Of a stretch of 64,000 bases of DNA, positions 39,323-48,986 are shown in pieces. Within the stretch, counting starts at the first letter, position 1, and every line of letters starts with the position of its first letter. A model generated the notes under the pieces. It was given only the letters and a program-made list of their open reading frames with translations. It ran no database searches and had not been told where the DNA came from. The stretch comes from an uncultured virus (IMG/VR IMGVR_UViG_3300006923_000016) (Duplodnaviria > Heunggongvirae > Uroviricota > Caudoviricetes): positions 1 through 64,000 of the IMG/VR virus record IMGVR_UViG_3300006923_000016; one strand, written 5' to 3'. Position numbers and translations under genes: made by a program.

Positions 39323-39604
39323 ATGGAAGAATCTAACGACCTTAACGTCACTGAAAAGCTAGCCGAGCTTGATGACGCAATGGAGAGCCTTGGCTTTCAC
39401 CAAGCAAACTCAGTAGAAGAAGCTCTTGAAGCTGCTCCTGAGCAAGCCCCAGTACCAGAGAAGTCTAACTTCACACCTATTCCTAAGAAGATGAACGGTG
39501 TTTACTTTCAGCTAAAGAGAGTAAGCCCAAACCGAACTGAGATCTTCATGCATGGGCCTGACGGTGATGCATTCCCTACAGGTGTTGGTTGGGATAAGAG
39601 ATAG
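39323..39604 (+). CDS. Hypothetical protein
   Basis: 93 aa, AGGA RBS. Confidence 0.65.
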   Translation: MEESNDLNVTEKLAELDDAMESLGFHQANSVEEALEAAPEQAPVPEKSNFTPIPKKMNGVYFQLKRVSPNRTEIFMHGPDGDAFPTGVGWDKR

Positions 39605-39891
39605 TGAGTATCCTTAATGAGGTTAATGGGTGGGGTGAACCTGCTCCTATTCGCAACGAACTACCTGGCTGTTGGCAAGCTGTCATTGAAGACATGAAAA
39701 GCCGAGACAGGTTTGGTCGAGAAAAGTATGGAACACCACTTCAACCTAACAATGGAAGGAATGCCTTGCAGGATGCATACGAAGAAGTCCTTGACTTAGC
39801 TGTGTATTTGAAGCAAAAGATTATGGAAGAGGAGATGAAAGATGCTGAAAGAAAAGGGACCAAAGCCGTGGGAAACCCAAGTACTGATTGA
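39604..39891 (+). CDS. Putative all-alpha NTP pyrophosphohydrolase-like protein
   Basis: R---G-EKYGT-L...LQDAYEE-LD-AVYL. Confidence 0.6.
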   Translation: MSILNEVNGWGEPAPIRNELPGCWQAVIEDMKSRDRFGREKYGTPLQPNNGRNALQDAYEEVLDLAVYLKQKIMEEEMKDAERKGTKAVGNPSTD

Positions 39892-40387
39892 TTGTGATGG
39901 AGTTCTAGCAGAACTCATCATTCCAGCAGAGTTCTTTGCTGGAGATCGCAATCGGCCTGAACTCAAGCCACTAGACGAACCAAACTGGGCCTATGCAATG
40001 AATCCAGTAAAGGGGAGTCGTGAGCTTATCGACTCTATCGAAGAGATGGGGCTTGAAACAACCGTACTCACCTCACCCTGGGACACTAGCATGACCTGGG
40101 ACTGGGACCGTAAGAGATGGCTACTTCAGATATATGGGATTGATAAGTACCACGTTATTTTTGCTAAGCAGAAATGGCTAGTGGGTGGACTAACCCTCAT
40201 AGAGGACAAGGCAGAGAATGCTAACTGGTGGTCGGAACAACACAACCGTCCATCCATCCTAATCAACCAATATTGGAATGTAGAAGAAGAACTAGACCCT
40301 AGAGTTATTCGAGTGGATAACCTAGAGGAGGCTACTGCAGCCGTAAGGAGCCTACATGCTTGGCATCATTGTCGCAGTAAGCGATAA
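39842..40387 (+). CDS. 5'(3')-deoxyribonucleotidase (HAD, NT5C-like)
   Basis: LIDCDGVLA, LTSPW, KRWL, LIEDK, YWN. Confidence 0.8.
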   Translation: MLKEKGPKPWETQVLIDCDGVLAELIIPAEFFAGDRNRPELKPLDEPNWAYAMNPVKGSRELIDSIEEMGLETTVLTSPWDTSMTWDWDRKRWLLQIYGIDKYHVIFAKQKWLVGGLTLIEDKAENANWWSEQHNRPSILINQYWNVEEELDPRVIRVDNLEEATAAVRSLHAWHHCRSKR

Positions 40388-40841
40388 CAACGTCATTGGG
40401 AAGAACAATGAAATTCCTTGGGACTGTCCAGAAGACATGGCAAGATTTGTTACCATCACCAAGCGCCACCCTATTATCATGGGAAGACGAACGTTTAAGT
40501 CTATTGGTAAACCTCTCCCAGGACGCATTAACATCGTTGTGACTAGAAAGTACATCGATTTGATTAATGTCCACTCCGTAAACAGCTTGGAGAACGCCCT
40601 AAGGGTTGCTGAGTCCTTTTCTCCAATGATGCCTTTCGTCATTGGTGGGACTAGGCTTTATGCCGAAGCTCTACCTATCGCAACACACTTGTTCTTTACT
40701 AGAATCCATCAAGAAGTAGAGGGAGATACTTTCTTCCCACCAATCGAATGGACTCACTGGGAACAAACAGAAGAAGAGAAGCATACCAGCTTTACCTTCT
40801 CCACTTGGGAGCATAAAGATCCATGGGACATCGAATACTAG
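40356..40841 (+). CDS. folA: Dihydrofolate reductase
   Basis: IVAVSDNNVIG-NN-IPW--PED---F, IMGRRTF-SIGKPLPGR-NIV, VIGG, EGDTFFP. Confidence 0.96.
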   Translation: MLGIIVAVSDNNVIGKNNEIPWDCPEDMARFVTITKRHPIIMGRRTFKSIGKPLPGRINIVVTRKYIDLINVHSVNSLENALRVAESFSPMMPFVIGGTRLYAEALPIATHLFFTRIHQEVEGDTFFPPIEWTHWEQTEEEKHTSFTFSTWEHKDPWDIEY

Positions 40842-41593
40842 TTGTAGGTGATCATATCTATGATGACTACATTCAGGGCACAATTGATGAAGCTAATGAG
40901 GGTGGCCCAAGGTTCAGGGCAAACGAATATCTAGCGAGAACAGAACAGGGAGGCGCGGCGTTCGTTAGAGACGCTGTGGCCTCCTTTTCTCATGTTAATC
41001 ACTCCAACGTTGACTACATTAGAACGTCTATCAGTCGCATTAAGCGCTTTCAGAATCAAGAGACAAAGGAAACTCTCCTTACTGTTGATGACTTTGAAGA
41101 TCACTACTTCGAGACTGATAAGTGTAGAGGTTATACACATGACGCAGCTATTGTATGGGATGACAGCAGGTGTGAAGATTCATACCCGTGGGGAGACGCC
41201 CTAACTACTCTTCACCCTGAGGCCTTAACCGTAGTTGATAGCGTCCGCGCCAAGAGCTGGGACACACCCTTCACCTGCTACATTAAGATGACACTAAGTG
41301 ACTGGGATGGATACAGGCCCAAGCATGCAACATTAATTCTAACTAGCTCTAGAGCTGTCTCTCTTTATGAGCCTCGCAAACCTCTTCGAGTCTATAATGT
41401 AAATGAAATCGACCCCATTGATCCTATTGGAGCAGGCGATGTGTTCCTTAGTGTGTTTGTAACCATACTTCTCGAAGGATGGGGCGAGGATAAGGCAATT
41501 CGAGAAGCCATACATTATGCCAGTAAGTCAGTGACTTACCATGGCTGCCGTATCCCGAGGCGAGACCGTGCCAGAACATTTAGTACTGTTTGA
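40823..41593 (+). CDS. PfkB-family sugar kinase (HldA/RfaE1-like)
   Basis: ILVVGD-IYDDY, GGAA-V, DPIGAGDVF anion-hole motif. Confidence 0.78.
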   Translation: MGHRILVVGDHIYDDYIQGTIDEANEGGPRFRANEYLARTEQGGAAFVRDAVASFSHVNHSNVDYIRTSISRIKRFQNQETKETLLTVDDFEDHYFETDKCRGYTHDAAIVWDDSRCEDSYPWGDALTTLHPEALTVVDSVRAKSWDTPFTCYIKMTLSDWDGYRPKHATLILTSSRAVSLYEPRKPLRVYNVNEIDPIDPIGAGDVFLSVFVTILLEGWGEDKAIREAIHYASKSVTYHGCRIPRRDRARTFSTV

Positions 41594-42395
41594 TTTTGAC
41601 GGAACTCTTACCCTGCCTAGAGAAGCAATAGATTCAGCTGCGCTCAAAGCTCTTTATAAGCTTTGGGAAGCTTGTTCTACTGGAATCGTTACTGGTTCCA
41701 CTATTGAACATGTTGAAGAACAACTAGGTAGCTACCTTAAAGACCCCAAATATACAGAAATGTGGGAAGACATGCTCTTCCTGCCATGTAATGGAACCCA
41801 GCAATGGGGTTGGGAAGCTGATGTTCAAGAGTTCAGGCTCATTAGAGGTGCCAACATGATTGATAAGCTAGGTGAGTATAACTATAGACGTCTCATTAGC
41901 TATGTCCTAGAGCTTCAGTGTACTCTCATCCGAAGGAATGAATCCGTACCCCTTACTGGAGAGTTCATCCAGTATAGAGACTCAATGGTGAACTGGTGTC
42001 CCATTGGTAGAGCAGCTGGTACTGCCTACCGTAAGCAGTTCAAAGAGCTTGACGCTAAGCATAACATCAGGACTCAATACCTCCGAGACCTTAATGCTTG
42101 GCTTGCCAAAAGAGAAATCGAAGTAACCTGTGCTCGTGGGGGAAATACTTCATTTGACATTTATCCTACTGGCTGGAATAAGTCTTATGTTCTAGATCAC
42201 TTAGACGGTGGGGACTATGATATCTGGTTCGTAGGGGACAGATGTACCGGTGACGGCAACGATAAGGCCCTGTATGATGTCCTTCCAGAGGGTCGTCGTT
42301 GGGAAACAACAGGCCCTAAGAACACAGTAAATATCATCTTGAAAGAGATACTCCCAAGAGTAGAAAATAATGAAACAACATCCTTCGATTACTAG
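41568..42395 (+). CDS. Eukaryotic-type phosphomannomutase (HAD IIB, PMM2/Sec53-like)
   Basis: LFDFDGTLT-PR, VTGS, NG, FIQYR-SM-N-CPIGR, GGNTSFDIYP-GWNK-Y, FVGD....GND. Confidence 0.88.
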   Translation: MPEHLVLFDFDGTLTLPREAIDSAALKALYKLWEACSTGIVTGSTIEHVEEQLGSYLKDPKYTEMWEDMLFLPCNGTQQWGWEADVQEFRLIRGANMIDKLGEYNYRRLISYVLELQCTLIRRNESVPLTGEFIQYRDSMVNWCPIGRAAGTAYRKQFKELDAKHNIRTQYLRDLNAWLAKREIEVTCARGGNTSFDIYPTGWNKSYVLDHLDGGDYDIWFVGDRCTGDGNDKALYDVLPEGRRWETTGPKNTVNIILKEILPRVENNETTSFDY

Positions 42396-42774
42396 AGACG
42401 ATAAGCAAACAAGAGTAAAGAAAACATGGGGAGAAGAAGTTTGGCTTGCCAACTCTCCCCTCTATTGTGGAAAGAGGCTATTCATCCGTAAGGGATATGG
42501 ATCAAGCATGCACTTCCACGTACTCAAGACTGAAACTATAAGTGTAGAGAGCGGTTCTTTGGAACTGAAAATACTGGAAGAAGGGGAGGAGGCCCGGTAC
42601 ATCTTATATTCTGGTGATTCAATCTTGATAACACCAGGGCTTATGCATCAGCTTATAGCTAAGACCGAGGATGTCGTTCTATATGAGTTTTCTACTCAGC
42701 ACTTCGATACGGATTCATACAGAGTCAGGCTTCATGCCCCTCTTGCTTCCCGTAACGTTAGCGCCGACTTATAA
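42370..42774 (+). CDS. Cupin-fold sugar isomerase-like protein
   Basis: K-WG-E-WL-N--YCGK-L, SMHFH--KTET, PG-MHQ, EFSTQHFD-DSYR. Confidence 0.82.
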   Translation: MKQHPSITRDDKQTRVKKTWGEEVWLANSPLYCGKRLFIRKGYGSSMHFHVLKTETISVESGSLELKILEEGEEARYILYSGDSILITPGLMHQLIAKTEDVVLYEFSTQHFDTDSYRVRLHAPLASRNVSADL

Positions 42775-42952
42775 GGTTACACTTCCACTAACCCCACCAA
42801 TACCAAAATCAGATTACTGTCTCGTTTACGTGGCCTGGCCCCAAGGGGAAAGGACAGCGGTGGGAGAGTATTACTATCTTCGGGTCGAAAGCGATATGCT
42901 CGTACCCAATGGACGATTACTAAGGGAGCCGTATGCGTATAGAAAACATTGA
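42734..42952 (+). CDS. Small hypothetical protein
   Basis: Fills the cupin-primase gap; start uncertain. Confidence 0.4.
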   Translation: MPLLLPVTLAPTYKVTLPLTPPIPKSDYCLVYVAWPQGERTAVGEYYYLRVESDMLVPNGRLLREPYAYRKH

Positions 42953-45428
42953 TGAGGTCATGGGAAAGCTTAAGGGTAAGCTCTCCGAATACATGACACA
43001 TCTCCTGGGCAGAGACCCAGGTAAGAGCAAATTCATTTGTCCACACCCAGACCACGACGACCACAACCCCAGTGCATGCCTGAATCATCATGAAGACTTT
43101 ACCGAGGGGAAGTGCTTCACCTGTGGTGCTAACTTTGACATCTTTACTGTCGCTCACTGGAATGAAGGGCTCCCTGCAGAAGGACCAGAGTTCTTCGAGA
43201 TAACCGTCAGAGAGCTTGCTGACCGCTTCGGAATTACTCTAGTAGAGGCAGAGCTGACGGACGCAGAAAAGAAGCTCTACGGAACCTACAGGGCTCTCAG
43301 GAGAGCCTCTGAATATGTAGCTAGCTTTGACCATGGAACATGGCCAGAAGCTACTCTAGAATATATTGAAGAACGAAACTGGACCAAGCAAGAACTCCAT
43401 GACCAAGGCATTGGCGTAGGCGATAGAGAAGGTCTCATCAACTACATGAATGACTATGGCTATAGTCCTGAATACCTCCACCAGCTGGGGCTAGTTAGTA
43501 TTGCTTCAGGTGATGGTGTTCCACAAGTTATTGACGATGGACGGCTTATCTTTACTCTACACAACCATGTAGGTAGGGTGGTAGCGTTTGCGTCTAGAGG
43601 ATTTGGCGGAGTCGGTCCCAAGTACCTGAATTCATCAGCATCCATGAATCTCTACAACAAGTCAGAGCTTCTCTATGGATTGAACGTAGCCCGTAAGGTC
43701 AAGAGGAAGCCCCTCTACCTATTTGAAGGCTATGGTGATGTAGTCACCGCCCGTAAGGGTGGATTACAGAACTGTGCAGCGGTATGTGGCACAGCCCTTA
43801 CTGTTGATCAGGTCCTACAGGCTAAGCAGCTTGGGTTCCAGACAATCATCCTTGCATTTGATTTCGATGATGCAGGCAGAAAGGCTACCGACAGAGCTGT
43901 AGTTAACATTTGCGACGTCGTTCGTGACTTAAGCCTTAAGATCCTTCAGCCAACTACCGACTACAATGACCCAGATGAATACATCAGAGCTAATGATATC
44001 TCTAAGTTCATCCTTGAAGAAACTGAAAGTACATTCTCATGGACCCTTAGGCGTAAGAAAGAAGAAGGCCTGGGCAATGAAGAACTAGCTAACCTTATGG
44101 TAAGCGTGATTGCTGCAGAGCCTAACGCCATCTCTAGAGAGGTCCAGATTCGAGAGCTTTCAGACGTTACGTCTGTTCCGTTCCATGCTATTGAGATTGA
44201 AGTCTTGAAGAAGACCGATATCAAGCTAGATGAGCGGCGCTTACGACAGAACGCTGTAGTCAAGCGGCTAGCAATGGACATCGATAACGATCCCAACGCA
44301 GCCCTTATGTCTACGCACGAGGCTCTTCTAGAGTTCGAGAAGATTAGTCAAGAAGTAGACGCAGACGCTGTCACTAACAAGTCCTTCATTACAATGATCG
44401 AGCTTCAGCAGAAGCAAGAGCAGGTAAGGCTTGAGGAAGGGGCTTCTATAGGTTTCAACCTGCCGCTTATGAAAGACTTCCAGACTATTCTGGATGGTGG
44501 TGACGATTGGTCCTTCCAGAACCTATGGCTTTTGGGTGGACTAGAAAACACTGGCAAGTCCAGCTTCCTTAGCTGGATGGGTGCCAACATCATCAGTGAT
44601 GACATGAACGATGCTATGTGGATTTGTTTCACTATCGATGATACAGGTCAGCAGATTCTACCTAAGATTGTAACTTCGTTGGACTCAATCATCAATGGAG
44701 CTTATTTCCCATCAGATCCACTAACTATCGGTAATGTAAGAAACCCTAGAACCATCCAAACTCCAACACTTGCAAAAAGAAGAGCTGCAGCGTATGATGT
44801 ACTGGAAGGCCTGGCAGCCGACGAGAGAATCATCCTTAAAGACGCCAAGGAGGGTAATACCCTGTCTTATCTTGAGAATGTCGTACGTCATTACAGACGA
44901 AGGTATCCTTCGAGAAGAATCTTCATTACAGTAGACAACACACACAACCTCGGTGACTTTGGTCACATGGATGATAGGTCAGAGCGCTACAAGCGTCTTG
45001 CTAACGTCGAAAAGGGTATTGTAAACAAGTATGACGCAATGATGCTTGCAACCGTTGAGTACAAAAAGGTTGGCCTCAGAGAGAATTCTGACATCCGTAA
45101 GATGATGCCCCAGAATGATGACATCGCTGAGACCAGAGCCCTCAAGTACTTGGCAAACTTCATTGGTCACCTTTACAACGATATTCATTCTCGCCCTAAC
45201 ATCTTTGACACTTTCCATATAGACCCAAGAACCGGACAAAAGCTCCCTCGAATCATGATGAACGTAGGTAAGACTAAGTTCAATGACTACAAGGGTGCAG
45301 TCTCGTTTGACTTCTTTCCAGGGTCCTCTACGTTCTTGCCTGTGAGCAACACAGACGTTAAGCTACAAAGAGAAAGGTTTCTTAAGGATAGAGACGAAGG
45401 CGACGAGATGAAGGACGAGAAATGGTAA
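42933..45428 (+). CDS. DnaG-type primase fused to DnaB-like helicase
   Basis: CPHPDH...CFTC Zn finger, KYLNS, TOPRIM EGYGD...DFDDAG, DPD; C-terminal GGLENTGKSS Walker A, VDN, helicase-like motifs. Confidence 0.9.
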   Translation: MRIENIDEVMGKLKGKLSEYMTHLLGRDPGKSKFICPHPDHDDHNPSACLNHHEDFTEGKCFTCGANFDIFTVAHWNEGLPAEGPEFFEITVRELADRFGITLVEAELTDAEKKLYGTYRALRRASEYVASFDHGTWPEATLEYIEERNWTKQELHDQGIGVGDREGLINYMNDYGYSPEYLHQLGLVSIASGDGVPQVIDDGRLIFTLHNHVGRVVAFASRGFGGVGPKYLNSSASMNLYNKSELLYGLNVARKVKRKPLYLFEGYGDVVTARKGGLQNCAAVCGTALTVDQVLQAKQLGFQTIILAFDFDDAGRKATDRAVVNICDVVRDLSLKILQPTTDYNDPDEYIRANDISKFILEETESTFSWTLRRKKEEGLGNEELANLMVSVIAAEPNAISREVQIRELSDVTSVPFHAIEIEVLKKTDIKLDERRLRQNAVVKRLAMDIDNDPNAALMSTHEALLEFEKISQEVDADAVTNKSFITMIELQQKQEQVRLEEGASIGFNLPLMKDFQTILDGGDDWSFQNLWLLGGLENTGKSSFLSWMGANIISDDMNDAMWICFTIDDTGQQILPKIVTSLDSIINGAYFPSDPLTIGNVRNPRTIQTPTLAKRRAAAYDVLEGLAADERIILKDAKEGNTLSYLENVVRHYRRRYPSRRIFITVDNTHNLGDFGHMDDRSERYKRLANVEKGIVNKYDAMMLATVEYKKVGLRENSDIRKMMPQNDDIAETRALKYLANFIGHLYNDIHSRPNIFDTFHIDPRTGQKLPRIMMNVGKTKFNDYKGAVSFDFFPGSSTFLPVSNTDVKLQRERFLKDRDEGDEMKDEKW

Positions 45429-46438
45429 CGAAAGCTAAAGGTTTGCTTCGTAAGCCCGCATTCTGGCTTACTGTGGCCCTAATCATTTTCCTATCAGCTA
45501 ATGCTGTACAGGCATTTGTTCACTACAACAAAGCTAGGTTGTTTAAAGATCAAATAACAGAGCTTACAGATTCAAGCCTTAACCTTTCCGAAAACCTTGC
45601 CCGAAGCAAGGCCGTACACGTAACCGTAGTAGACCTAAAGGATGCTATCGATGACCTCATTGAAGATAACCAAGCGCTTCGAGCAGATCTTGCTGAGCTT
45701 AAGGCAAAGCCGACGTCAGTCACATATGTCCTCGGCTCCACAGGTGAAGAAACTACCGAGACTTTCAGGCCTAACCCTGGTGACACAACCTCATCCGACC
45801 TACTTGCCTGGGTGCCGGATATATATGAGTACCGTACTCCTAACGGACTACCTGTTGCACGGCACGAGCTGGACAGAGAACGGCAAACGTTCGATGCTAC
45901 AACGGCTGAGCTTCAATTTGAATCTACAACAGTTCTTTCAGCGAGAGAAGATGATAGTCAAGTCGCGCATACTCAGGTCCGTGTTGTCTCTTCACTCGAC
46001 CCCGAAAATATGGTCACATTAGATACAATCGAAAGCGAGACTAAATTTGTCGATACTCTTAAGCGCAGCATGCGAGTCGCACCTCACCTTAATCTTGGGG
46101 CTTCAGTCGGGGGAAACTTCGCCGCACCGCCTGGGCTTACAGTGGGAGTCCAAGCAGGGGTTAGCCCTTTTGCTTATGGCAGAACTGATAGAGATAACAC
46201 ACTCAGGTTCGTTAACATCCGTGGCGAAGTGGGCAGTCAAGTTGGCGTGGGCGATGGACAGAGTAGGCCCTACATCGGAGTCGGCATTGATCCAGTCCTT
46301 GTTAACATTGGGGAATTCCTCCCACTACTTGATGACCTGTGGCTTGGGATTGGCCCAACCGTTGACATCATCCCTGGAACTGAAGGTGTACCCACCATCG
46401 GAGCCGGACTCAGCTTCGGAATTACTTCCACCATTTGA
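45422..46438 (+). CDS. Membrane-anchored or exported protein with coiled coil and beta-rich C-terminus
   Basis: N-terminal hydrophobic helix, heptads, Gly-rich amphipathic strands. Confidence 0.7.
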   Translation: MVTKAKGLLRKPAFWLTVALIIFLSANAVQAFVHYNKARLFKDQITELTDSSLNLSENLARSKAVHVTVVDLKDAIDDLIEDNQALRADLAELKAKPTSVTYVLGSTGEETTETFRPNPGDTTSSDLLAWVPDIYEYRTPNGLPVARHELDRERQTFDATTAELQFESTTVLSAREDDSQVAHTQVRVVSSLDPENMVTLDTIESETKFVDTLKRSMRVAPHLNLGASVGGNFAAPPGLTVGVQAGVSPFAYGRTDRDNTLRFVNIRGEVGSQVGVGDGQSRPYIGVGIDPVLVNIGEFLPLLDDLWLGIGPTVDIIPGTEGVPTIGAGLSFGITSTI

Positions 46439-46527
46439 GATTAACTTCTTCAGAGGGTTTTATCATTGGGGGAAGGCCTCACCATGGGAGTTTCGTTACG
46501 CTAGAAAGATCGTAAAAGGAAAATAAC

Positions 46528-47037
46528 ATGAGCACTATCACAAGAATCGGAGAAGGAAGAGGCTACTCTCAAAGAGAGGCCCTTCTTGACTGGCTAACCA
46601 ATGATGAAACCCTACGGGCTGAAGGCATTTCCTTTGGACAAGAGGCTCTCGTCACAACTGAGCCTATTACTGTAGAGGAGCTTGTCTCTCCCCGTAGAGC
46701 TAAGCGTATTCACACGGATACTTTCCCTCAAAAGGGACAGCGTAAGTTTGTCACCTCCTATTACGTATGGGACAATGTGGTTGAGAGCAAAGTTGAGTTC
46801 AATCTCGATTGTAATCTCCACCTCAACATAGCCACAGACAAAGTCAATACTGGTGTCTACTTTAGGCGTCAAATGGATGCTATTGCAGCGGCCAAAGAGC
46901 TGTCTAAGCACACTCACCAATCTTATGAAATCATCATTGCTAAGGTCCTTGTTAGCGGTAACTCAACCGTTGCTAAGATAACCCCAGGCAAGTCACGACC
47001 AGGAACATACAAGTTCACAGGTCAATTCAAATACTAG
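46528..47037 (+). CDS. Hypothetical protein
   Basis: 169 aa, AAGGA RBS. Confidence 0.75.
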   Translation: MSTITRIGEGRGYSQREALLDWLTNDETLRAEGISFGQEALVTTEPITVEELVSPRRAKRIHTDTFPQKGQRKFVTSYYVWDNVVESKVEFNLDCNLHLNIATDKVNTGVYFRRQMDAIAAAKELSKHTHQSYEIIIAKVLVSGNSTVAKITPGKSRPGTYKFTGQFKY

Positions 47038-47048
47038 GAACCATATCA

Positions 47049-47318
47049 ATGGGACGCAGAATCGTTAAACCACTACAAGGCTTACCTAAAGTAGACCCCC
47101 GACGTGGAGGTAAAGATATTACCAATAGGCTTGAGGCAGAGAAGCTTTTCTTCAAGGAAGGAAGCAAGGAGGCTCGCCTTGTTGTCAAGGCAATTCCAGT
47201 GTTAAGGCTACTTCAGCGCACTGAAACTATGCTGAAGTCCCTTGCGGGAGCTACTGCTGAGGAAAGACAATTAATCGATGAGCTCGGCAAGATGCTGGAC
47301 TATATCGAATTCGGATAG
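47049..47318 (+). CDS. Hypothetical protein
   Basis: 89 aa, AGGA RBS. Confidence 0.7.
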   Translation: MGRRIVKPLQGLPKVDPRRGGKDITNRLEAEKLFFKEGSKEARLVVKAIPVLRLLQRTETMLKSLAGATAEERQLIDELGKMLDYIEFG

Positions 47319-47321
47319 CCT

Positions 47322-47501
47322 ATGATCTACGAGTACAAATGTAAAGACATCACCTGCGGGACAATCTTTGAGCTTATTCGTAAGCTATCAGAGAAGGACG
47401 AACCTGCAGAGTGTCCTACTTGTGGGAAAGATGATTGTCGAAAACTTCTGTCTATCTTTGGGAAGCATTTAAGCTGGTCACAATGGCGAGCATTGGACTA
47501 G
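47322..47501 (+). CDS. FmdB-family zinc-ribbon protein (59 aa, not in ORF track)
   Basis: Manual translation MIYEYKCKDITCGTIFELIRKLSEKDEPAECPTCGKDDCRKLLS... Confidence 0.85.
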   Translation: MIYEYKCKDITCGTIFELIRKLSEKDEPAECPTCGKDDCRKLLSIFGKHLSWSQWRALD

Positions 47502-47568
47502 AGTACGGCTTCATACAGGGATTCGTTGGAGGATACAAGGGGACGGGCATTACCATTGGACTAGACAT

Positions 47569-48276
47569 ATGTTGGTATCAGAAACCGACCTCGCCCTCTT
47601 CAGGGAATGCCCTGCAGGGTATGAAAAATATAAAATGGGTAAGCCTAATAGACAATTGGGGAGCTTTTCGGCGGGCATTATCCTTGAAACTCCAGTCCAA
47701 GCAGTCACAAGATGGCTCTGGGCTAGCCAACTGCGCACTGGTTTCCAGTCAACCCTGCGCGCTACTAAGCATAAGTGGGGACAACTAGTTACACAATGGG
47801 GTACAGAGTGTGGACTAGCACACCGTCAAACGAGAGATTACCTGACATTACACATGTCCGCTCTCATTGCCTATCACCACTTCTACCTCACATCAGGATG
47901 TGTACCACTGTCAGTGGGGAATCCTACTCGGGTGAAGGTGGGAAGGCACACACTCATAACTCTACCCCAAGCAGTAGTCGCCTCAGGCGACACACCCTTA
48001 TTGCTTAACACTAGCTGTGATTCTTCTAACAGGGATACCTCGAATAACTTCGTCTACAGGGCACGGTTGCACGCTGTGGTTCATTTATCAAAACGACCTA
48101 TGGCAATGCTCAGCCATAGATTTGCAGGAAGACTGGAGTCTGCAGGATTTCGACACAGCCATATGTGTAGTGAGGGGTTTCTTAACAACCTTGAGCTTAC
48201 ATTGGACTTAATGGAAGCAGGTTTCAATGCACCTTCTGTTATATGTAAAAGTAAGTGCCCCTGTAAGGAGAGCTAA
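47569..48276 (+). CDS. Hypothetical protein, possibly an inactive PD-(D/E)XK fold
   Basis: S-TDL--FRECP--Y start and C-terminal Cys cluster; catalytic acids not evident. Confidence 0.6.
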   Translation: MLVSETDLALFRECPAGYEKYKMGKPNRQLGSFSAGIILETPVQAVTRWLWASQLRTGFQSTLRATKHKWGQLVTQWGTECGLAHRQTRDYLTLHMSALIAYHHFYLTSGCVPLSVGNPTRVKVGRHTLITLPQAVVASGDTPLLLNTSCDSSNRDTSNNFVYRARLHAVVHLSKRPMAMLSHRFAGRLESAGFRHSHMCSEGFLNNLELTLDLMEAGFNAPSVICKSKCPCKES

Positions 48277-48491
48277 TGAAATACCTAGGTGAAGCAGTGG
48301 TAACTGTAGCACTAGCAACAATCACCGGTGTCGTGACATGGATCAAGACACAACAGTACCAAAAACGGAGAGAAGAATACTATGCCAATAGAACAAATGA
48401 TCAGCATTTGCGAATGCAAGAAGTGCAAGAGCACCCTGTTCGAATCAGTCGAGGCGGCTATTATCCAGCAGAACGAGAACGGGACGTATAA
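48276..48491 (+). CDS. Small membrane protein
   Basis: N-terminal TM segment; AAGGAG RBS. Confidence 0.55.
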   Translation: MKYLGEAVVTVALATITGVVTWIKTQQYQKRREEYYANRTNDQHLRMQEVQEHPVRISRGGYYPAERERDV

Positions 48492-48741
48492 CTCTGTTAT
48501 TACCACCCTTGTCTATAGGTGTTTGGACTGTGGCATGATGCTTAAGCCTAAGCGTATCATTGGTCAAGGCCAGGTAAGCTCTATCAAGCGTACAATCCAT
48601 GGACTTCTGCCCGAAGACGCTACCGATGAGCCAGGCTCTAAGCGTGTTGATTTGGGTGTGCTGACTGGGACGAGGAAGAAGCCTCTAAGAGTCCCTGGAG
48701 GCCTCACAGGAGCTAACATGGGCTTCCCCAGCGCCAAGTAA
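48382..48741 (+). CDS. Zn-ribbon hypothetical protein
   Basis: CKKC...CLDCG. Confidence 0.65.
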   Translation: MPIEQMISICECKKCKSTLFESVEAAIIQQNENGTYNSVITTLVYRCLDCGMMLKPKRIIGQGQVSSIKRTIHGLLPEDATDEPGSKRVDLGVLTGTRKKPLRVPGGLTGANMGFPSAK

Positions 48742-48986
48742 TGATCTTAGTCTCACAGTCACCCCTAGCGAATAAGGCAAACCTAGTCTCCCACAAGTGG
48801 GAACGCTACATAGGGGGTAAAATAGCGCTTTGTATTGGGACAAATCCTTTGGGGATTCTCTTTAATGAGCCCTTCACTAGTCAGGATATGATTGACAGTT
48901 TCGTCAAGATGTCCAAGGTAAAGCTAAGGCCTCAAGCCACCATTATCCACCCTAAACAGTGGAAACTCTTCACCAGTGGCCTCTAA
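48741..48986 (+). CDS. Small hypothetical protein, MLLIS-like N-terminus (MILVS)
   Basis: 81 aa, TAATG coupling. Confidence 0.6.
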   Translation: MILVSQSPLANKANLVSHKWERYIGGKIALCIGTNPLGILFNEPFTSQDMIDSFVKMSKVKLRPQATIIHPKQWKLFTSGL

